A stretch of 10,808 bases of DNA from Candidatus Krumholzibacteriia bacterium. Its GTDB lineage: Bacteria > Krumholzibacteriota > Krumholzibacteriia > WVZY01. Shown one piece after another: positions 7,460-10,808 of this stretch; positions within the stretch are counted from its first letter, which is position 1, and each line of letters starts with the position of its first letter. The stretch is from contig JBHHVD010000098.1 of NCBI GenBank assembly GCA_046754105.1, positions 1-10,808 of the forward strand. Reading direction: 5' to 3'. The notes beneath the pieces were generated by a model. It saw only the letters and a list, made by a program, of their open reading frames with translations, was not told the origin of the DNA and searched no databases. Position numbers and translations under genes: made by a program.

Positions 7460-7478
7460 TCTCTAACAACCTCTCTGA

Positions 7479-7769
7479 CTAAACTTGACCGCTACCATGG
7501 TTCACTCTCGACTTCAACTCGTTGGACGCCTTGAAGTAAGGCACCAGCTTTGCGGGCACGTACACGCCCGCTCCCGTGCGAGGGTTCCTCGCCTTGCGCG
7601 CTCGCCGCTCCTTGACCTTGAAGCTGCCGAAACCTCGAAGCTCCACCTTGTCTCCCTCCGCAAGAGCGCGGCAAATGTTTCCAATGATTTCGTTTACGAC
7701 GATGCTGGTATCCTTCTTGTTCAAACCCGTTTGCCTTGATATCTCCTCGACCAAGTCAGCTTTCGTCAT
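7479..7769 (-). CDS. HU/IHF-family nucleoid protein (IHF-beta-like)
   Basis: MTKADLVEEI...KVELRGFGSFKVKERRARKARNPRTG...VPYFKASNELK; SD GAGGTG. Position after sppA is the common ihfB context, but HU versus IHF cannot be settled by eye. Confidence 0.96.
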   Translation of the reverse strand: MTKADLVEEISRQTGLNKKDTSIVVNEIIGNICRALAEGDKVELRGFGSFKVKERRARKARNPRTGAGVYVPAKLVPYFKASNELKSRVNHGSGQV

Positions 7770-7898
7770 TACGCGTCACCTCATTCTGGTTATAGCGATA
7801 CTGCACCGTTCATCAACCCCCACCCAACCAAAGGCCGTCTATCCGCCGCGATGTCCAAGCATGGGGCAGCATTCAGCACGGAATGAGCCAGCCGCTAC

Positions 7899-7927
7899 AA
7901 ATTAGCATACAAGCGAAGTGGTGTCAA
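7899..7927 (-). promoter_or_regulatory. sigma70-type promoter for HU/IHF-bS22
   Basis: Minus strand TTGACA-N17-TAATTT with TGn extended -10 and an AT-rich UP-like tract (TAAATTATTAT) upstream. Confidence 0.75.
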
Positions 7928-7935
7928 ATAATAAT

Positions 7936-8811
7936 TTACGGCATTATATACTGCAGCTGTACCCGCTCGCCTGCGAGAGCCGGAAGGTTCGAGGCCACGC
8001 GGCCGAGCAGCGTCTCCGCCAGCGGGCGCTTCCTGCGCTTCCGGATCACCCTTGGTGGAGGTGCGATGCCCCCCATGGCCGCCGCCAGGGCCAGGGCCTC
8101 CTCGTATGTCCCGATCCGGTCCACGAGCCCGAGCGCCAGGGCCTCTTCCCCGGAGTAGAGACGCCCCTCCGCCAGCTCCTCCACCTGCGCCATAGGCATT
8201 CTCCGACCGTCACTTACGGCGTTGAGAAACTGCACGTATACGTTGTCGAGCAGCGCCCCCATGTAGAGTCGCTCCGCATCCGTCATCTCCCTGTGCGGCG
8301 ATCCAACATCCTTGTACTTGCCGGCCTTGATGACGGTCACCCCGAGGCCGACCTTGCGGAACAGCTCCTCGGTATGCACGAACGACGCAATTACGCCGAT
8401 GCTGCCGGTGAGGGTGCCCTCGTACGCAACAATGGTATCGGCGGCACAGGCGACGTAGTACCCACCCGACGTCGCGAGCGGGCCCAGAAAGGCGACGACC
8501 GGCTTTCTCTCCCTCGCGCTGACGGTCGCGCGATAAATCGCCTGCGAGGCCGCCACTCCGCCACCCGGCGTGTTGATGTGGATCAGTATCGCCTTTACGC
8601 GATCATTATCCCGGTGCGATTCGATCTCCTGGACCTTCCACAGGTCGTAGAGAATCTCTCCCTGCACATCCACCACCGCCACCGCATCCCCGAACCCGAC
8701 GTCGTCGTCCGCAACGAAGAGGACGGCGATGTAGACGGCCACTGCCACGAGGGTAAGGAACAAGGCGCCGCCAAAAAACACCAAAAACGCGATATTCCGG
8801 TTTCGTGCCAT
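7936..8811 (-). CDS. sppA: Signal peptide peptidase SppA, short 36K type (peptidase S49)
   Basis: N-terminal transmembrane helix, INTPGG, ATSGGYYVA (catalytic Ser), TLTGSIGV, KAGKYKD (catalytic Lys), EGRLYSGEEALALGLVD. Confidence 0.96.
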   Translation of the reverse strand: MARNRNIAFLVFFGGALFLTLVAVAVYIAVLFVADDDVGFGDAVAVVDVQGEILYDLWKVQEIESHRDNDRVKAILIHINTPGGGVAASQAIYRATVSARERKPVVAFLGPLATSGGYYVACAADTIVAYEGTLTGSIGVIASFVHTEELFRKVGLGVTVIKAGKYKDVGSPHREMTDAERLYMGALLDNVYVQFLNAVSDGRRMPMAQVEELAEGRLYSGEEALALGLVDRIGTYEEALALAAAMGGIAPPPRVIRKRRKRPLAETLLGRVASNLPALAGERVQLQYIMP

Positions 8812-8879
8812 AAGGGGGTGGTGAAGTTGCCGCGATACTTGGGGGTTTTTCCTCGGATGCGAATTCTCTCAACCCGTAG

Positions 8880-8908
8880 ACCTTATCAGACCCCTCACAT
8901 CCTGTCAA
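8880..8908 (-). promoter_or_regulatory. sigma70-type promoter for sppA
   Basis: Minus strand TTGACA-N17-TAAGGT with TGn extended -10, about 70 nt upstream of the ATG. Confidence 0.7.
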
Positions 8909-9076
8909 CGCGCACGGCGGCGGCGTGTCTTCGGGGACTCAGGCTGGAGGAATCGTCACGCGAGGCTCGACGGCCGCATTGGGGGGCACAAGAAAGCCCC
9001 GCCTGACCGTGTGCATGGACTCGTTGAACAGCATTAACCATGAGGAATGGGTCTACGCCATTGCAAGTCACGGGAA

Positions 9077-9103
9077 AGGCAGGGCGATATCTCTGCCCTG
9101 CCT
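9077..9103 (-). terminator. Hairpin downstream of the glmU-like gene (possible terminator, or one arm of a larger structure)
   Basis: AGGCAGGGC / GCCCTGCCT 9-bp stem with a 9-nt loop, followed on the minus strand by TTCCC. Confidence 0.4.
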
Positions 9104-9202
9104 GCATCAAGTAGCATGCCACCCAAGGCGTGGTCCGTGGAGACGAGTCGTGCCTCCACGCCGCCGGTGGTTTCCCGTTCGTGCCGCAAACGGCCTGGCG
9201 TG

Positions 9203-10645
9203 TCATATGTTCCTGCGACATTTCTCCGACAACTCGAAAATCCTCTCGAAGTAGTGACGGTAGACGTCGTCGAATTTTATCTCACGCCGTTCGAGCACCA
9301 CCTGGGCGGTCAGCAGCGCCTTTTCGAGTTGATACTCAACCAGGGCTCCGCCGCTGCCCCACGAGTAACTGGGAACGAACTTGTCCGCCATCTCGGTACC
9401 AAAGATATTGCAGTTGAAACCAACTACGGTGCCCGAGTTGAAGAGCGTTCCGATGCCGGTCTTGCTGTGGTCCCCCATTATCAAGCCGAGAAACTGCCTT
9501 CCCGTCTCCCGAATCGTCCCGGCACACCACATCCTCACCGGACTGTAGTTGTTCTTAAGATCGCTGTTGTTCGATCCCGCACCGATGTTGACCCACTCGC
9601 CGATATACGAGTGGCCTATGAAACCGTCGTGCTGCTTGTTGGAGTACGCGCCGAAAATGGTCTGGTCCACCTCGCCGCCAATCTTGCACACGTCGCCGAC
9701 CGACGTGCCCTCGAGAATCTTCGCCCCGGTTTTTATCGTGCTGTTCCTGCCGACGTACACGGGACCCAGCAGTGATGCGTTCGGCATCACCGTGCTACCG
9801 TCGTTTACGACGACGGGTCCCGACGATGCGTCGATTACGACGCCGGGCCGTATGACGGCTCCCTCGCCGACGACGATATTCTCCTCCCCCACCATCTGAA
9901 CGCCGGGGTAAACGATGGACTCTTCCGATTGGCCGCGAAACGGGGATTTCTGAAAGTCATCCTCTATTACAGCGGGGTTCTCCTCGATGATTTGCCACGG
10001 GAAGGACAGCAATCTCGCCTCGGGCATATCCGCGCGGGTCACGTTGTGCTCGTCGATAATCTGCAGGAGTTGCTGCGGGAGTTTCTCCGCCAGGCTGTCC
10101 TGCCCCAGCGCGTGATCATCCTCGTACGTTCCCTGATCCGCCTCCGGCGACACGACGCCCTTCTTTTTCCCCTTCGCGACCCCCGGTTTCTTTTTCCCGG
10201 CTGTGACGTATTGCCGCAGCTCTTCGCACAACTGTTCTATGGTGTCTTCCGAAATGCGGCGGCGGATATACGCGGCGAAATCTTCCGCCGCCTCTCCCGT
10301 CAGTTTCGCGGCAATCACATAGCCACCCTTGACCGCGATGCCGTTGTCCGGGATCTTGCCCAGGAGTTCCTTCAATTCATCCGCGTAGCACAGGAGCCGG
10401 CCGTTAATAAACAGGCAGTCGTCACCGGGGAGTTCGTTGACCATGAGCCCCTCGTATTTGAGGCCCACGAGGGGCGCGAGGTAGTCCCGGCACAGGACGC
10501 CGTTCTTCGCCGCTCCGGCCTCGACCTCGAGCCGTTCGCGGAAATTGCGGCCGCCGATCCGCAGCTCGAATACCGGCTGGCTGAGGGAAAGTGGAAAGAA
10601 GTTGGAGAATTTCTTGTCTTCGAATATGCAGGCGAACCGGATCAC
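9203..10645 (-). CDS. Alternative GlmU-like protein (Bacteroidota-type sugar nucleotidyltransferase-like N-terminus + hexapeptide left-handed beta-helix)
   Basis: N-terminal FFPLSLSQPVFELRIG and LFINGR; hexapeptide repeats; CKIGGEV, YSNKQHDGFIGHSYIGEWVNIGAGSNNSDLKNNY and TGRQFLGLIMGDHSKTGI. Probable start GTG 10645 with GGGGA 9 nt upstream. Confidence 0.9.
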   Translation of the reverse strand: MIRFACIFEDKKFSNFFPLSLSQPVFELRIGGRNFRERLEVEAGAAKNGVLCRDYLAPLVGLKYEGLMVNELPGDDCLFINGRLLCYADELKELLGKIPDNGIAVKGGYVIAAKLTGEAAEDFAAYIRRRISEDTIEQLCEELRQYVTAGKKKPGVAKGKKKGVVSPEADQGTYEDDHALGQDSLAEKLPQQLLQIIDEHNVTRADMPEARLLSFPWQIIEENPAVIEDDFQKSPFRGQSEESIVYPGVQMVGEENIVVGEGAVIRPGVVIDASSGPVVVNDGSTVMPNASLLGPVYVGRNSTIKTGAKILEGTSVGDVCKIGGEVDQTIFGAYSNKQHDGFIGHSYIGEWVNIGAGSNNSDLKNNYSPVRMWCAGTIRETGRQFLGLIMGDHSKTGIGTLFNSGTVVGFNCNIFGTEMADKFVPSYSWGSGGALVEYQLEKALLTAQVVLERREIKFDDVYRHYFERIFELSEKCRRNI

Positions 10646-10755
10646 TTTTCGTGTTCCCCACCGCAAGAAACGATCGCACGGCCGGTCCCGCGGCCGTCGG
10701 AAGAATTACGTCCCCGTCAGCCGGGGACTCCACGCGAGGTGCCGAGACTGGGGAA

Positions 10756-10808
10756 TGGTGGAGTTGACGGGGATCGAACCCGTGACCTCTTGTCTGCCAG
10801 ACAAGTGC
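10756..10808 (-). tRNA. tRNA-Ala(GGC), 5' part outside the window
   Basis: Reverse complement: anticodon stem CTTGT/ACAAG around loop CT-GGC-AG, variable loop AGGTC, T-arm ACGGG-TTCGATC-CCCGT, acceptor strand CAACTCC-A-CCA with U70 (Ala identity position) and encoded CCA. Confidence 0.95.

Noticed and set aside
8812..9202. 6S RNA, c-di-GMP riboswitch, glmS ribozyme or a small protein (8895-9221, 8925-9254) in the long intergenic region
   Set aside because: I could not match the conserved motifs of these RNA families by eye, and the ORFs lack an RBS and protein-like composition. Kept only as an unassigned structured element.
1098..9775. Long plus-strand ORFs (1098-2072, 4076-4708, 4752-5399, 5445-6722, 7918-9006, 9047-9775 and others)
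   Set aside because: They are antisense shadows of well-supported minus-strand genes in GC-rich DNA and show no recognisable motifs.
10667..10808. tRNA 3' end as an integration site for a genomic island
   Set aside because: No integrase, no duplicated tRNA 3' end in the window, and the downstream genes are housekeeping.
1..10808. CRISPR array, IS element, prophage or defence genes
   Set aside because: No regularly spaced repeats, terminal inverted repeats with a transposase, or phage/defence motifs were seen.

Overview
GC-rich bacterial chromosomal window with all real genes on the minus strand. In transcription order: tRNA-Ala(GGC) (cut by the right edge), Bacteroidota-type alternative GlmU-like protein, sppA (36K type), HU/IHF-beta, a 30-aa bS22-type ribosomal protein, a stand-alone PilZ protein, a pseudo-REC/GAF/PAS histidine kinase, an NtrC/AtoC-family sigma54 activator, a stand-alone Fis-type HTH protein, a second sigma54 activator with a degenerate receiver, and a PorV/PorQ-family outer-membrane barrel (cut by the left edge). 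The bS22-type and PorV-like genes are missing from the ORF track. FCB-type genes combined with canonical TTGACA promoters and SD sequences suggest a non-Bacteroidia FCB lineage (inference). The most notable signals are a near-consensus sigma54 promoter driving the stand-alone HTH gene inside a c-di-GMP/two-component/sigma54 cassette, a shared palindromic motif over two -35 boxes, and a multi-branched structured element between the glmU-like gene and sppA. No mobile element or CRISPR array was seen.
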